From Raillietiella orientalis (taxonomy: Eukaryota): a DNA stretch of 64,000 nt. Shown here piece after piece: positions 1 through 16,300 of this stretch. Position 1 is the first letter of the stretch. Every line of letters starts with the position of its first letter. The stretch spans positions 2,232,001 through 2,296,000 of the forward strand of contig JAYWIR010000024.1 of NCBI GenBank assembly GCA_036172245.1. The letters are read 5' to 3'. Position numbers and translations under genes: made by a program. The notes below the pieces were generated by a model, which ran no database searches, was not told the origin of the DNA, and was given only the letters and a program-made list of their open reading frames with translations.

Positions 1-190
1 TGCTGTGTATCTATGCTCGCGGTTGTCCAAAACTAGCATCTCCTTCGATAGAACCGTTGCGATCCCACGAGGTTTTTTGACGATTCCGATATCAAAGGAT
101 CACATTTTATTTCATGGAAAAAGTTGAAGCGTTTTCCCTGCTTCCCTTTTTTTACCTGTTGATTTCAAGGATCCCTTCGTGAGACCATGA

Positions 191-1458
<1,268 letters not shown>

Positions 1459-2788
1459 GTTCGCTTCATCGGAAAAAAGAAAAAAAGAAAAAAAAAAAAA
1501 AACGAAATACCGGAACAAAAAGAGATATTTCTAGCTGTAAATCGGAACGCATGTTAGCCCTGTTGCTGCCCTACACGCATATTAGTGTCGCCATAATCTT
1601 GTTATCCTTCCTGAGGTTTCCGCGCCCATTGTGTACCATGTAACCGAAGACACTTCCTCCGTCGCACGACAAAGTGTGTTGGTACGATGCTGTGTCAGCT
1701 GCACCGTCATCAATCCCGTTTCATCCGATGAAAAAAAAGAAAGGAAAAAAGGGGGGAAAAAAAAGGGGGGGTGGGCGGTCGGTCGGTCGGTCGGGGGAGA
1801 GAGAGAGAGAGAAAAGCGCGATGTTCAAGATCCGTTACAGAACAGTGGTTATTATTAGTAGCAGACGTTCTCTTCCTGCAACCTGATTTTTCGTCTTTCT
1901 CAAGTTGATGGATCCCAAGTGCTGGCAGGGATGATCGTGTGACAAACAGAAGAAGTTGCGCGTGCATTGTACGTGTGTGGGAGCTTGTGTGCTTGCTGCG
2001 GTCGTAACATGTGCGTTTTCGTTGTATTTGCTTTCGAACCCCCTCCTGTCCCCATCCCTCCCCCTCGCGAGTTTTCCCTACGGACCGAGCCGAATCGCTC
2101 CGCAAGAAGGGAGTTTCGGGATCGGGGTGGTTCGGGGAGTACGGATTTATGCCTCGTCCTTGCATTCGCCCGGGGGGGGGGGGGTGCGAAGGAAAGAGTT
2201 TGCTCTTTTTCTTGCTGGAGGTGGTGTGGTTCCAGCCCTTAACGTGTGAATGCAAACCCACTCTTTTGTGTCCGGAACACTTTCCCAAAGCCAGTTTTTT
2301 TTATTTATTTTTTACTTTTTTTTTTTTCCGTGTATGTGTTTGTGCGTGTGTGTGGGGGGGGGGGGGCGACATATTTTTTTTTTATTTTCCCCCCTTTGGG
2401 AACCGCGTCCCCCTATTCGGTGTCTCGAAGATGTGCTTGTGCCCACACGGATGCGCCAACACCAGTTCGTTGTGCGTGCACTTGGGGCGGCTTGTGTTCC
2501 AAATGGCCCCCACGCAAGGAAAAGTTAAACCCCGAGGTATTATGCTTTTTCGAAAAGGCACGCAAGTTGCAGTCCTCGTGTGCAATGGAATATTGTATGA
2601 GACTATGGATTACCAGTGTTTCCAGGATGGCAAAGCGTCAGTATACCCGAATTTGTGTTTATCGTTTGCCAACTGAACTCGTGTACCAACTTTGTGTGAA
2701 GACTGTGGATTCTTAAATGTTCGTTCCCAGGGCGTGTACAGTGAACTGCCATGGGGTAATCGTTTCAAAAAAAAAAAAAATGACGTTG

Positions 2789-3057
2789 AATAAACTTGTA
2801 TTGCCGCATCTGGTGTATGTCTGTAGCAGTAACAAACAAACACTAGTCCTCGCTATGGAAAGACTGGATTTATGTTTCACGTGTTTTTGTGTGCACCCTG
2901 CTTCGATGTCTTCTAGACGATCTGGTTTACGTTGAGTGATTTTCAGTGACCGCTTTTGTATCGCTCTTTGCCGCCGAGGTTTCGAAATCCGAGTGTTAAT
3001 CCTAACTGGAAATTTGCGTCGTCATGTCACTGTAAAGTAAGAGAGGCACGCAATAAA
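2789..3057 (+). promoter_or_regulatory. Candidate polyadenylation signals of the Gbeta 3' UTR (AATAAA at 2789-2794 and 3052-3057)
   Basis: Canonical hexamers about 1.3 and 1.6 kb downstream of the stop, each followed by T/GT-rich sequence. Usage is not demonstrated. Confidence 0.4.
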
Positions 3058-6000
3058 GTATTTGAAAAATGTTTTCGTTGGGTGGTTCCTGTGGCTCGAG
3101 CACTTCGGGGAGTTCCCGGGGCCACCGTTCCCCTGCGGTGCCGTTGCGGTCGGCCATCTTGCCGCGGTCGGCGGGGGCTGCTGGCTGCCGCGGTGTTGCG
3201 AAAAGGGAACCGGGAACCAGCGTCCTGGGCTCAATCTACGTGGTAGGTTGCGTGTCCCACACAGCATTGGACCGAGTGAACAACGTCAGGAGCACGCACG
3301 GAAAAGTGGCTCGTTTGACGAGGTGCATCTCCAGCTCTACGAAAGGCGGGAGCTCTGCTTTCGCAAGTTCTGTTTGTGACGTTCCAGCTTGGCACTTCAT
3401 GTGAATTGCCAACGAGCAGTGCCTGGAAGTCGGGAGAAGTGCCTTTTGATGAGTCCTCTTCAAGGTGTCTCGTTTACTGGAGAATTGGGTTGGGCAGTGC
3501 GTCTGAAATGTGTCTGTTTATAAAGAAAAAAACTTTTTGCATGCCCAATGCTGCTCGCAGACCTTCACGAAAATGTTTCTTTTTTAAAAAAAAAAAAAAA
3601 AAATTGCCTTGCAAAAGAAGTTTCTTATTGCGCCGATGCTAAGGGAGCTACTCGGGACTGCGGATTTGATGGTCCCTTTTCCATTAAGGGACTAAGTGGA
3701 TAGCAGCGGGAGGTGTTTCGTGCCGTTTCGGAGTACTCCTTAAGGTGGCAGCACAAATCCGGTGCTGGACCTGCAGTTTTCATGACATCATCTGCACCGA
3801 GTTCCAGCGCTCGTTTCGATGATTCCTGTTGCATGACGACGCAGTCCTGGTTGCGGCAATGGCTCCCGCGAGAGCAGAATTCACGACTGCGTTTCGAGGG
3901 AAAGACGAAGCTGCTGGTCGTCTTGCAGTCCGTTGCCATGCTGTGGGGAACCAGACGGCAGCAAGTTGCTTCCGATTCGGGTCTTCCGAACTCATCGTCC
4001 ACTTCGTGCAGTAGTCGGTGGGAAGGCTTGTTGGGGCAGAGCATCGCGTCTCGGTACCCCTGAACCAGGAAACAGGTTTTTTTTTTTCTGCAAAGGGGGC
4101 GGCTGCCTGGAGCTCACGGGCCTCAGGCGGCAGAGGAGGAGACATCCGGCCGCCCGGCAGCGTGCCACCTGGAGACCGTGGAACCCGGTGCCGAGAATGC
4201 GGACTCCTGCTTCAGCAAGATCGTAGTCTGAAGAGGCTGCATTTGGGAGGGGAGTCGATTCTCTTTTGCGTCTGCTTCCCAAGTCAGTCGACGACATCGG
4301 AAGGAACTTTCGCCACGAGCTGTGGGGGGCAGCTCAAATAACGTCGCAATCCCGCCGAAGGATTTCCTCTCCCTACCCCGCCTGCCTGCCCATACCGGAT
4401 GGTTCAGGGCGGAAGTCGCCCACAACATCGCACACCTCGAACAGCGGCGGTGTCCCAGGACTGTCCCCCCTGGCAACAGGAGCCTTCTCTTGAAAAAGAA
4501 GTCTTCGACCTCCACCTCGAAGGGAAATCACGGTTTCCTGGAGGGAGAGAGGAAGTTGCCTTGGTCATGAGGGGAGATTTGCGTTGCTAAGCGAGCCCAT
4601 CGCTAACGAAGATGGCAGGCTCATTGATCTCTGGGAAGGTCGGCGGCTTCTCTCAGCGATGCATACGGCCATGACCTGAGTCTTTGACCTTGGGAGAGGG
4701 AGCAGATCAGGAGTGACTACAGAGAGAACACACTCCACAGGCCCTTGCCGAGTCTGCGAGGCGCTGGGCTCTCCGAAGCTTTGTGTGAGACGAGATGAGA
4801 GGAAATTGCAGCCGGCGGCGGCAGCGGTGGTGCCAGGAAGACCTTGAAACGATCGCCGCTCGCGTCATCGGGCGAGATAGGCGGAAGCTGGGAGGACCCA
4901 CCTTTCTTCCCGCACTCTCGCGGACGTCCTGTGAAGCGCCCAACAACAAGGAAATGGACGGATGCTTTCCTTCTGGCTAGCCCAACGGCACCGTTCACTC
5001 CGATGCCGAGTGAGTCAAGAGATGAATAGCGCAGTCGTGGGTCCGCACACGGTGGGTGCCAGAAGAGGACGTCTCTTCCGGCACCCCGCCCATATAGAGG
5101 TTCGACATCTCCGGGGGCTCAGCCGCAAAGAGGGACACACCCCTTTCGGACTGTTGTGCGGGGGGGGAGGGGGCACCGACCTAGGCCGTTGATCATCTGG
5201 GGTCTCTCTTTCTCCTTCTTTCCGGCGGCGAGAGAATCGGCAGAAGACGACACAATTCGTGCCTTCCCTTCAAAGGCGCGGTGGCTGTCATCCCTCTTCC
5301 CAGGGACGGCAGCTCTCGTCATCTTAGGGGCATGGAAAAACGCTTGCTTCGTCTTTCCCTAACCCATCCTCGTACGTCTGAAGTCTTCCTCCTCACTGGA
5401 AGGCGGCTGCGCCCGAGAGGTGGCGCGTCCTTTGCTTCTACGAGTTCAGGCAGTCGCACTTCCGCCATGCTGAAAAAGATGGCGCTGAGGCTCGGCGGGC
5501 CTAAGCGCCATTTTCAGATCGTTTCCAAAGTACTCTCCACATGGCTCCTTATCCCGGGAACCAGCTCACTTGTGCTTCTTTTACTCCAGAGAAAGAAAAA
5601 TGAGAGTAGTCGGCGTATTGAAATTGTTGTGGAATGGCCGGAGTTCCAAGGTCATCGATGGCTGCTGCTGGCTCTCCTCCCCCCCTCCCGGGAATTTCGC
5701 GAACAAAAGTTCTTCGTTCTCCTGGAGCTCGTGCTCTCGTAGTGGCGAAGGACACGAAGCTTAGCCCGGTAAGTTCGTCTTCCGGCAACGTCGTCGCCAC
5801 TGATCAGCTGCTTCGGTTGGATCCCTCGCAGCCTTCACTTCGCATGGCACCAAAGGACCTCTAGCGGATCGGTGGTGCACTACATCCACCTCCGTGTCGC
5901 CCCATCTCGTGCATCTTCTCCTGCCTTGGCAACGCGGGACCGAGAGCACGTCCTTCGACCCTGAGTGCCTGAGGTTCGCAATCCTCAACGCGCATGAGGG

Positions 6001-9000
6001 GGGAAGGGGGGGAGGGTCAACAGCACCAGAGTCTTAGCGACGCGAGGAAAAGGCAGGAGCAAATGCGTCCACTTTTGGCTGCTTATAACGCGCTACCAAT
6101 GGTCAGGGGGAGGCAGGAGAAGGCAGGAGTCCGCGCGAACGCAGTCTCCCAGCCTAAAAATTGTTTCCAAGTACCAATGCTCAATGAAAGAGGCGATTTT
6201 TTGCAAAGCTGATGTTTACTCCAGTGTGTTCTCGGTCTTTTTTTGGACTTGCGTTTCCAAAAACGTTATAGGGAGCACAAGTGCTGGAAAGAATGGAATC
6301 CTATTTTAAAGTCCCTGGATTTGTTACGAGCCCTTTGTTTTCAAAGTTCAACAACAACAACAAAAAAGGCTTTAATTAGAAAATAAACATTCCACAAAGC
6401 AAGTAAATATTTGTTTGAGAGGCTTCTCTCCTGTTGATGAGAGAGGCTGCTGCGCTTGTTGGTAACTCGATGATTCTCTCTGATACTTGGCGTGTGTTTG
6501 GTTACCGTGAGGAGCAAAGGATGAGGAGCACCTGGACGTCTTTTGGACGAGGATTATTCCGACGGTCCAGCGAGGGCCGGCCGTGCCCACCGGAAGGGCA
6601 AACAGGCGGCAAGTTTTTTTTTCACGCGGTCACACCAAAGCCCGATCGGACGTTACTCACGTGCTGAGCCGCGTTCAGCGGGTGCTGCTCCACCATCTTC
6701 ACGCTCTGTTCCCCGGTTCCTTGCGGTCGCTGGTGGTCTTCGCCGCCGTGGAAGCACGTCGGCTTTTCGGTAACTTGGGGTCCTCTCACATGACCCCCGA
6801 GAAGGAAGGATGCACTTGTTGCTGGATTCCGGGCAGGAATGTGGTGCGCCGTTGGCAGACGTGCGCGGGACCAGGGCCTTCTTCTTGCAGGCGAATTGTA
6901 CGTGGGGTTTCATTCACTCCCTGTCGGTGAGGGCGAAAAAGGAACATCCACATCCTCTTTCGTTTTCCGATCCTTCTCGAGTTTCATCTCACTACAGCAT
7001 TCAGTGAAGATAACGAGGCGGAAGATGAAGAGATGCCAAAATGCATCCTGCACACCAACTTACTACTTTCGGTCAGGGTTTCTAGCTTGCATATCTCATT
7101 GCAAATTGATTCATGGGGTGTGGATTCGTGTGCTATGGTGGGACGTACGAGACAAATCAAATACCTTTGACACCTGCCATGGGGAGGCGCTTGTCGCGAC
7201 TCTTCGAGGTGGTGTCTGTCTTTCAGTTGTGAGCAAAGGTGTTGTCAGCTGTGTGTGGTAACCACCTAAAACCCATATACACATGCCACAGGCCCTCTTA
7301 TGACGCGGGGGTACTTCCGCGTTCTATGAGCTCTATGAATTGTAGATGGATAGTGGGATAGTATTTTTAAAGGATACAAAATGTATCTTGGACCTCACAA
7401 CAGTAAGATATTTATTATTGGAAGCCAAAAGAAAAAAGTTAAAGGTGTTTGCTTAGGGTGAAAAGAAGAAAAAAAACTTGGAACTTTATTGATCAACCAA
7501 TTTAAAGAATTCTGGTTTTGGCTTCACTGACACCTTGCCACAGAATTGAAATTTATCTACACCGCCGTATAGGCCTGATTTATAGCGTTATACGGAGTGA
7601 GGCGATTTTTCCGCCGCGTTATACGAGGGTCTGCTGTGTATATGGCGGAGTTGAGACGAACGCTGGGAAAAGCTCGCCGGCAGCCTCGCTCCATGGTGGA
7701 ACTCGGAGCGCGGTCTTGCAAAATCTGAAGACTGGGGTGGTACATGCAAACAGGGAGAACCCGAGTTCTCTCAGGATTTTTCCCACCTATTTGATAGAAG
7801 CCGTCCTCTGGAGTAGGGGATGGAAATCGAGAAACGGGGAGAGTGCAAATTATGGCCGAAGGGACTGCAGAGCAACGTTGTCACAGCTCTTCCTGTGTTT
7901 ATGGATCTTGCTTTGTACAAATGCAACACTCTCTTTGTTGTACTGCACGAAATAAAAAGGATGGATAGGTAAGGTACGTGGCTGGCATATCCAACGCCGT
8001 CACGGTTTTCGTAGTGCTGACCAGCGGAAATGAGTAACACTCAGGGCTGGAGTAGGGTTTCACTACAAGACGGAAGTCATGTTAGATCCTCCCGTCCCCT
8101 CTGTTCTGAAAGCACTCGTGCAAGTCATGTGGAAGAACGTAAGCTGACCGGCAAGTGCGGCGATAAATATTTGTCAGCAATTGCTGCTCAGGTTAAATGT
8201 TGACAGAAGGTTCAACCGAATCGCTGTAAGACATGAAAATTTTGGCTCCAGCAACGTAAACAAAAGGAGAACCATCGTGGCAATCGTTTCTTAAAGAAGA
8301 TTCGCGAATTTCTCTCTTGGCAAAACATCTAAAATTAACCATTCCATTTCTGGACCTCACACTTCCGTGAAAGTGAAAGCAACTCGAGAAAACACCCTTT
8401 TCACTGCTTACTCCTCGTTAAGGCGCGAAAGTTGGTGACCTTTCCATCCCGGAAATGATCCGCAAGAATCGCAACCCCAGGTCGAGTCTCCAATCCTGTT
8501 TTCTCCTCATCCTTGGAAAGCCGGGAAATGTTCAGGATGTAAGCGCTAACACCAAGCGACAAAAGCTGTACACTTAGCTATACACTTATCCTTTCGGAAG
8601 TGTATTTCATTTCTTTGGCTCTACCCGCTGAGGTGACTTTGCAATCAAAAGACTCCAAAGTCTCCAATCCTTTACCAGGAGAGATGGATCTCTCTGAACA
8701 ACAGCACCAAACTGATACAGTTCAGAAATTTTTCCGAGGGCTGATTCATCTTCATTGTGAAAGTGGCGTGCTCTTGAGAATCAAGACTGCTTGGGACCAG
8801 AATGGAAAATAAGAGAATTCTTCAAGGCTGGCGCTACGTACAGCCAGGAAGAACAGGAGCCCGTCGTTGCTAGTAGTCTCGCGTGAAAGAAACTTCGAAG
8901 ACAGATGATGTCGTCTCAACCCCCCTGAAATGAAGTCGACGGAGGGACCAGGGTGTTTACACGTCAACTCTCTGGTTTTTGTTCTCATGAGGTAATAGGG

Positions 9001-10392
9001 AGCAAGAACTCAGTTCGTCAACACTTACTGTCTTCGAGGGCACGGGAGAAGGAAACCAGGCCAGGACTCTTCGCGTAAAACCACTGGCGAGCAGCGGACA
9101 ATCTAAGATTTCGGGCTTCGGTTCGCTTTGAACTCAAGGACACGTTTCTTGTTGCTTGTCAGTTTTTCAGGAACAACCGCTGGCTCGAGGAACTATGACA
9201 ATTACTAGCTGAAGTCGCATGCATGCCCTTTATGCCACTCTGGCTATTCGCACTGGTGTTCCCCAAAGGGAACGACTCGTCAAACACCCCGATTCTGCAG
9301 GGTGTTTTAAAGTGTTGCACTGTTGATTCGCATTACGCCTGCCATCGGCAGGTCGAAGCGGAGCTCCCGTCTTTTGCAGATTTTTTCCTTTGTCCCCTTT
9401 TCGTGAACGTCCGCTCATTCCTTGCAGGTGCTTCTTCACAAGACATTCGAAAATGTCCAACAACGAGGGTTCAGGCCGAACGAAGGAAAAACCCACAAAA
9501 AAATCACCAAGAAAGCGTGTGTGGGGTGAGCTGTTATGAAAAGTGGCGGCCTTGGCCATCGCGGACCACTTGTCTGCCATTGTGTGTTTCACGTCCATAA
9601 GTGCAACCAATGACCTCCGTGGAGGGGCCCCATCGTCTCCTGACTTACAGAGATAGTCGCCGTGATGGACTGCGCCTGGGTTCACCGTTCTGATTCCGCG
9701 CAGAGCGCTGGAAACCAGCTTTTATCTTCGGCAAGGGGCTCAAGCTCGTGATTCATTCATTGAGTTTCCGCAACGAAATGCCCAAATGGGCGTTTCGCCA
9801 TCATCCCTGCACTGCTAGCAGGCATGAGGACACGGGGATGGTACGAAAAGACGTCGGCGAGCTCCATCGCATTCCAACGGGAGATTATTCAACAACAGTG
9901 CTTCGCAAGCTTTGTGGATGCTCATCTTTCGCATCGCCATTTTCCTTTTCGTGAATCTCCACAGTGCTGCCGTCCACAGACTCCAGAATATCCCCCTATC
10001 CGCAAAAACTGCAAGATGAAATGACTGGCAAATGCTTTCCATAAGGAGACTGTGATTCCTGGACATTTTCCCCGAGCAAAGTATCCGGATATCCAGAAAA
10101 CAGGTACCGGACCGATTTCAATGCAGTTTCTCTTGAGAGTAACAACTAATAATGCGAGATTGTGGACGGATGTGTATTAAACGAATGCAAATCGCTAAGG
10201 TGGGGGAAAAAACAAGGCGTTCCACGTATAAAGAGTCGTGAATTCAAATGATCTCAGCCTTCCCAAGCTCTTTTCCACGTGAACGAATCAGTCCAAAGCG
10301 ACTTGTATTGATGAATTCCTTACGAGTGCTTCAACAAGACCGACAACCAGAAAATGGAAGAGTAGACAGTACACATCCAGAGATCAGCATGT

Positions 10393-13300
10393 TCAGATAT
10401 CCAAGGATGTAAACGCCTCAAAGAGGTCTTCGACAGCCTGCATCACCTCGGCTTCGGTGGTCTCCCGTCCTAAGCTCAACCGGACTGTGCACTTGGCCAT
10501 TTCGGGTGGAACGTGGGACGCCAGCAGAACATCTAAAACGAAAAATTACAGTTATCACAGCTTCACACGAGCAAACGAGGCAAATGTGTTGTTTTTACAT
10601 TCATCCACTGCTTTCTGGACCGTAGGAGCGATTTCAGCTTTAGTGGCTCCAAGCTTAACAGCTATTTCAAAAAAAAAAAAAAAAAAAAAAGAATCTCTTC
10701 AAGCACCCTCCGCCAAATACTTCACGTTGAAATTAAAAATTCGGTTGATGCACACCATTCGGCCTTTTACATGGCAACGATTCGTCCACTATTTACAAGG
10801 CTTTCAGAAGCAACGACCAGTGCAACAGGGCATAATCGACATGATGATGTGTTTGAGTACACGCAGAAAAATGAGCACTCGCGGAAGAAGCCGCATCCCG
10901 GCGTTTATTAGCAAACACCAACTCATTAATAATTACTATGATGCAGAGGGTTTCAAAAAGAAAACGGAAATGAAATCAAAACCCAGTAGAAAAATGTGCT
11001 TTGCTATTGCCCTTGGCAGGGCAGTACCGCCCAATTCTTTGCACGTATCTGAGGATTCACCAGCTCGGAATGTCTTTAACCGTTAGAGGAACTCATTTTA
11101 AGCCTTCCAAACATTTCACAGCCACATGCAGCCTCGCTGATCAATAGGAAGCGTGTTCGTGACCTGGCAGATATTGAGCCTGATTTCATTACGAAATCCA
11201 AAATCTTCATCACCACTGTATGGTTCAGAGCAGGAAGAAGAAGAAGAAGAAGAAGATGAAAAAAGTGACGGGTTCTGGCGAAAGCGCAGTGCTCGTAATG
11301 ATCTCGATACAACTTTTCCAAAAATTAAGATGGATTGGGAAATGACAGAATTAGATGGCTAGATGAAGAGGTTATTATCTCACAATTCTCATACACACCA
11401 CGGATTTAGTAAGCCATCGACCATCGGCTGAAATCTGGTGGTTCCCTTTGTAACCACGCTGTTTCGGGCCTTCAAAGGACCGAACAAACGCACTTTTTTT
11501 TTCTTTTTTTTTCAATCCATAACAACTCGCCACAGCAACCCAAATTTTTTTTGCTAAACTTAGACTCGGACTCAAAATGATCCTTCTGGCTCCCACGAAG
11601 TATAACATACAATACGTACAGCTCACAGCAATGCTGTCCATATAAGAGTAGGGTTTGGTCACTGAATCCAGTGCATGGCCAGTATGTACTTAGAACGGAT
11701 TCTTCCACCACAGACTTTTCCAGTAATTAACGTGACAACGTGTTCTGGAGATTAAGCGTGCACTTTTTACTTCTGCCTGTCAATTTCCGCAAAGAGTTCT
11801 TACGTTTCTAGCATGAAATAGAATGAATCTCAGGGGAGCTCGTGATGAGATTCACGTGTCCGTAACATGCAAAATTTGTAAACACTATGAAAAAAGATCG
11901 CGCAAGCTGAGCCAAAACACAGCAGAAACAACCACGGCAAAAAAGAGAGGCGGAGAAAGAGGGGGGGGGACACAGGGGCTTCGAACTCGAGACGAAGCAC
12001 TTGACGAACATAGCCAACAAATGGTACAGTTCTGATTTCATTCTCCAAACTTAATACACACACGAGTGAAACGGAAGCAGGAACAGTCGGCAAAGCATGG
12101 GACGAAGAGTCAGCTGTTTTTTTTTCTTTTCTGCCTCTATGTTCAGATGTTCAGGAAAATCCTGCACTCCCTCTTTGAAGGCACGAGGATCCAACGTCCC
12201 CAACAAAAGTATTCCGATCCAAGGATTTCAGCTAAGAAATTTTCAGACCAGCGGGCTTGGGTTCACGGCTACGTCCGGGGCATTCAAACTATGTCCAAAT
12301 CATCAAGGGCAGCTGGGACTCTTCGGTGCGACTGGACTGGTCGGTTAGTCCTTGCGTCAACACATAATTCGTCATACACGATAGCGAGAAAATGAATATT
12401 TTACTAAGGAATTTCGAATTACATGAAAGCTCACTCGATGAAAACTATTTAGACTTATTCGATCTGATTACTCATATTCTGAGTAACCGAAACTTCCACC
12501 TTGGCAACTGACCACTGACCAGGGTTTATCCGGTTGCAAGTTGCCGGGAAAGTGTGCACCAAAAACTCATGTAAGTGCGTCATGATGGCCACTCTCGTAG
12601 GAAAACATAGGAGAACACATAAAGACTCACGTACTTCTCCAAAGCTATCATAATGAAGAACTGCGAAAACAAAGTCTTGACCACATAGCTTAAGACACGA
12701 GACGTTCGAAAAGATCGCCAAATTGCAAAATTTAAAAGTTTAACACTGAATTTTATCTTGGCTGTAAAAATGGGAACCCACGGAAGAGCTGCTTTTGGGA
12801 TACACGAGGAGGCTTGACAGCAACATCGACCCCGACGACTGAAACTGCAAAATAGTACAGCAACTACATTGCCATCCCACAATTGGATTCCCATACATGG
12901 GGCAGCAGCTCCATCACAATGGGAGAGTATGGAAACGGATTACATTATTTTATTGCATTTCGATTTTATTTAACCATCCACTCAGTAGTTTCACCTGTTT
13001 GCAAATCCACCTAAACGTTTAGCCGCTATTTTGTTTCAACATAAAGATTTTAATGGAAAATATGGATTCCCTATTATTCTTAAAATTATGGGGACGAATG
13101 CGACATTCTGTGGGTTTTCGTTGCCGGCTGAGCTACTCAATTGTAACGATATTAAAAAGCTCGTGAAAATAAGTGCTTTCTATCAATACCAGCCATTTGT
13201 AGAAACTACTGAAAAATTATAGTCCTGTTAGCCCTACAGATTTCCTAAGAAATCTATGCCTTTGCTTTGAAAAACGTGCAATTAGTTCCTGATACAAGCT

Positions 13301-16300
13301 CGAAATTGTTCCATTATTGCTTCCAAACTCCATTCCTTCATTCCAATCAGATTGACATTTTGGAAAATTGAATTGTGACAAAACCCTGAGAAACATGCAT
13401 GATGAAATGCTTACAAACTAAGCGCTGTTCATCGATACTTGATTCCATTTTACCCGCCTTTTTCTTTTTTTAAAAAAAAAATCCTTACGATATATCCTCA
13501 AGCACATACAAAGAAATGTTCGTCAAATCAAATGACTGGATTTTTTTTTTTCTTGCTATGCTCGACTCACATCATAACCTCTTCAATATTTGGGTTTTTC
13601 CCATCAACTTCACTAGTGTTTACTCAAATAAGGAAGTTACTGAATTCAACACTAGATTTATTCCCTATATCAAATAGTACTGTACAGGCAGCAGTCCTAC
13701 TAATATGTACAGAGAGCACTATCAGCATGAAATGCCTTTTTTGATACGTTTCCTGCAGTTGAAAGAGAACCTTTTTTGGATTTTGGAATGAACAAAAAAT
13801 GTGGGCGCACCATATCTGAGTATTTCAGATATAAAGACCTGGATGATAACAAAGAAAGTTCCATCTATTGTACATTCATGATATTCTTTAAAAATTCTTC
13901 TCAAATAATACACTACTTTACTCTTCTGTACCTTGAATCTCCAAAAAATTTGGTAAAGGTAGGTATAGGTATGCTAACATATACAGGAAAATTTCAAACA
14001 CAAGAATTTTCTGAAGAAAAAGTCCTTGTGCTCAAAGAGCATCCGGTGTTTTTTACTCAAAAACAGCGAATGCTTTAATTTGCAGATAGAAATATTCGTC
14101 TACAAAACAAATATGAGGACCTAGAAATCCAAGAAGCTGACTGGGATAATAAGAGTCAAGCCTGTTGACGTTTGTTGGATATATTCCTTTTTTTGTGCCA
14201 TCAAAATTCATATGGGAACATTCACATGAAACGGTACATTAAGATTGCCAATTGTTAACATAAAATTGTTTTTCTTGTTTGGTGCACAACTGGAGAACTC
14301 AGTTGAAAGCACAGTTCAAAACACCAAAGTTTAAAGTTCAATAACTTGGGTATACATTATATTCAGTTACTGGACATATCCATACATATATACATTTTAC
14401 CTGAAGTTGATGAGAGATGGCAGGCTGCTGCTGTACTTGCTAAAACAAATTTGCACTTCTTAAGCAAATCTGCAGATGTTACACCTTTGTTTTTCAGAAA
14501 CACAAAAGCAACACTGCTTGTATTAGGAAGTCTTGGACTGTTCTGAAAGTGAATTCTAATCTGTTGTTTGAATTTCAACTGCAAAGCATTAAATTTAGCA
14601 GCGACTGCAACAAATACACCATAATATACCTGTAGTGTGTTTTCAAGCAATGTGCGTAATTTATGAAAATGAATCATATAATGCTGCAAGTTTGCTGAAA
14701 CTAATTTTGAAGCCTTGCCTAATCCAACAATCATTGGTGTGTTTTCAGTTCCTGATCTAAGCCCTTTTTCCTGACCTCCTCCCCAAAACATTGGGTGAAC
14801 ATTTTCTTCTTTATCACAGTTGCAGGCATATAATGCTCCAATTCTGGGACCATAACACTTTAGGAAAACAATATTTGAGAACACAGAAGTATTGATTATT
14901 TTGTGATTGAAAAAGTAATAAAACTTATAGGACAAAACATAGGCCTACTTAGTATTATTTTTTACTAGCTGAAATTAGTATTGGTTCATTATTTATGATC
15001 TTACTTTATGGCCAACAATAGTTAAAAAATCTACATTTAAAACTGATACATCAACAGGTATTTTCCCAATGGCTTGTGCTGCATCTGTATGAAACTTAAT
15101 AGCATACAATCCTTGTTTCTGGCGATTAACGTTTTCCATTTTTAAATGTCTTCTCAGACACATAAGCTGAGGAAAATATTTATGTTTTAATCTAACCTGC
15201 CAATGAGAGAAATAGGAAAAAGGACTCCAGTTTCATTATTTGCCAACATCACAGTGATCAAGCAAGTACCGAATCGTAAAACCTTTGATATTTCAGCATA
15301 CGAAACTAATCCAGACTGATCAACTGGCAACAACGATAGCTCTAAAAAAGACAGTGACAGTCTTCCTTATAGATCAAAATATGCAAAAACAGTACTGTAC
15401 ATTTGATACCACTATATGAACATTAATTTTTATTTTTGAACTTTCATTTTCACTAAAATTCTGCACCATGCCAGGCACTTCCTTTAATAATCACATTTTG
15501 TTATAAGATTCGGTTCCAAAAATCAGATTTAAAAATCCTTTGATAAATAAGGTGCATGCTTTTAATTCAACAATCATTCAGCTTGAAACTGATTACATGT
15601 ACTGAAAATCTCTGGATTTACTAAATTCTATGGAATGATTTATACACAAAAATGTGTCTCCAGAAATTCCATCAAGCCGTTTAACTTGAGATTGAAACCT
15701 TTCAATCAAGTTTAAGATTATACTGCCCACACAAGATCTGTACATTGCTTCTCTCCTTTAAATGCAAATGCTTGTTTTCAATGTTGAAAATTAAAATCAT
15801 TACATACACAAACTCAGGATGCAAATAATTAGTTTATAATCCATGTTTAAGCTATTCGCCTCTACCACATAAAAACAACGAAACAGCAGGATCAAACAGA
15901 ATTATGATTTATTGTATTTTTACAATAACTCTTGGGTCCTGTTATTGGTTCGGCTGTTTACACTTCATTATCCAATACAATTGGTTGCATTTCTTGTATT
16001 TTCAGTTCTTTTCGTGTAAGAAATCAGGAATTTATTGCAACAGATCTTCATCACAATTTTTTTTCTTTAGAATTATGAATTCCGAATGGTATTCAAGAGA
16101 AACATGCATACACCTTATGGTTTTTGCACAGTTTGTTTTTGGGGGAGTTGTGAATTTTTTTGACGATGGCATACAGTGGGTATGCAGTTAACACAATCCA
16201 CATCTCTTTTTTGTATTTTATTTCCAACATTTTTATTGGGCGCTTCAATGCTCCACATGCCTCAACATAGGTCATTAGGGGCAAACGTAATTAATAAACG

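Noticed and set aside
11153..11362. Acidic + strand ORF nested in the last SCLY intron
   Set aside because: The poly-Glu comes from a GAA microsatellite; no supporting exons or homology.
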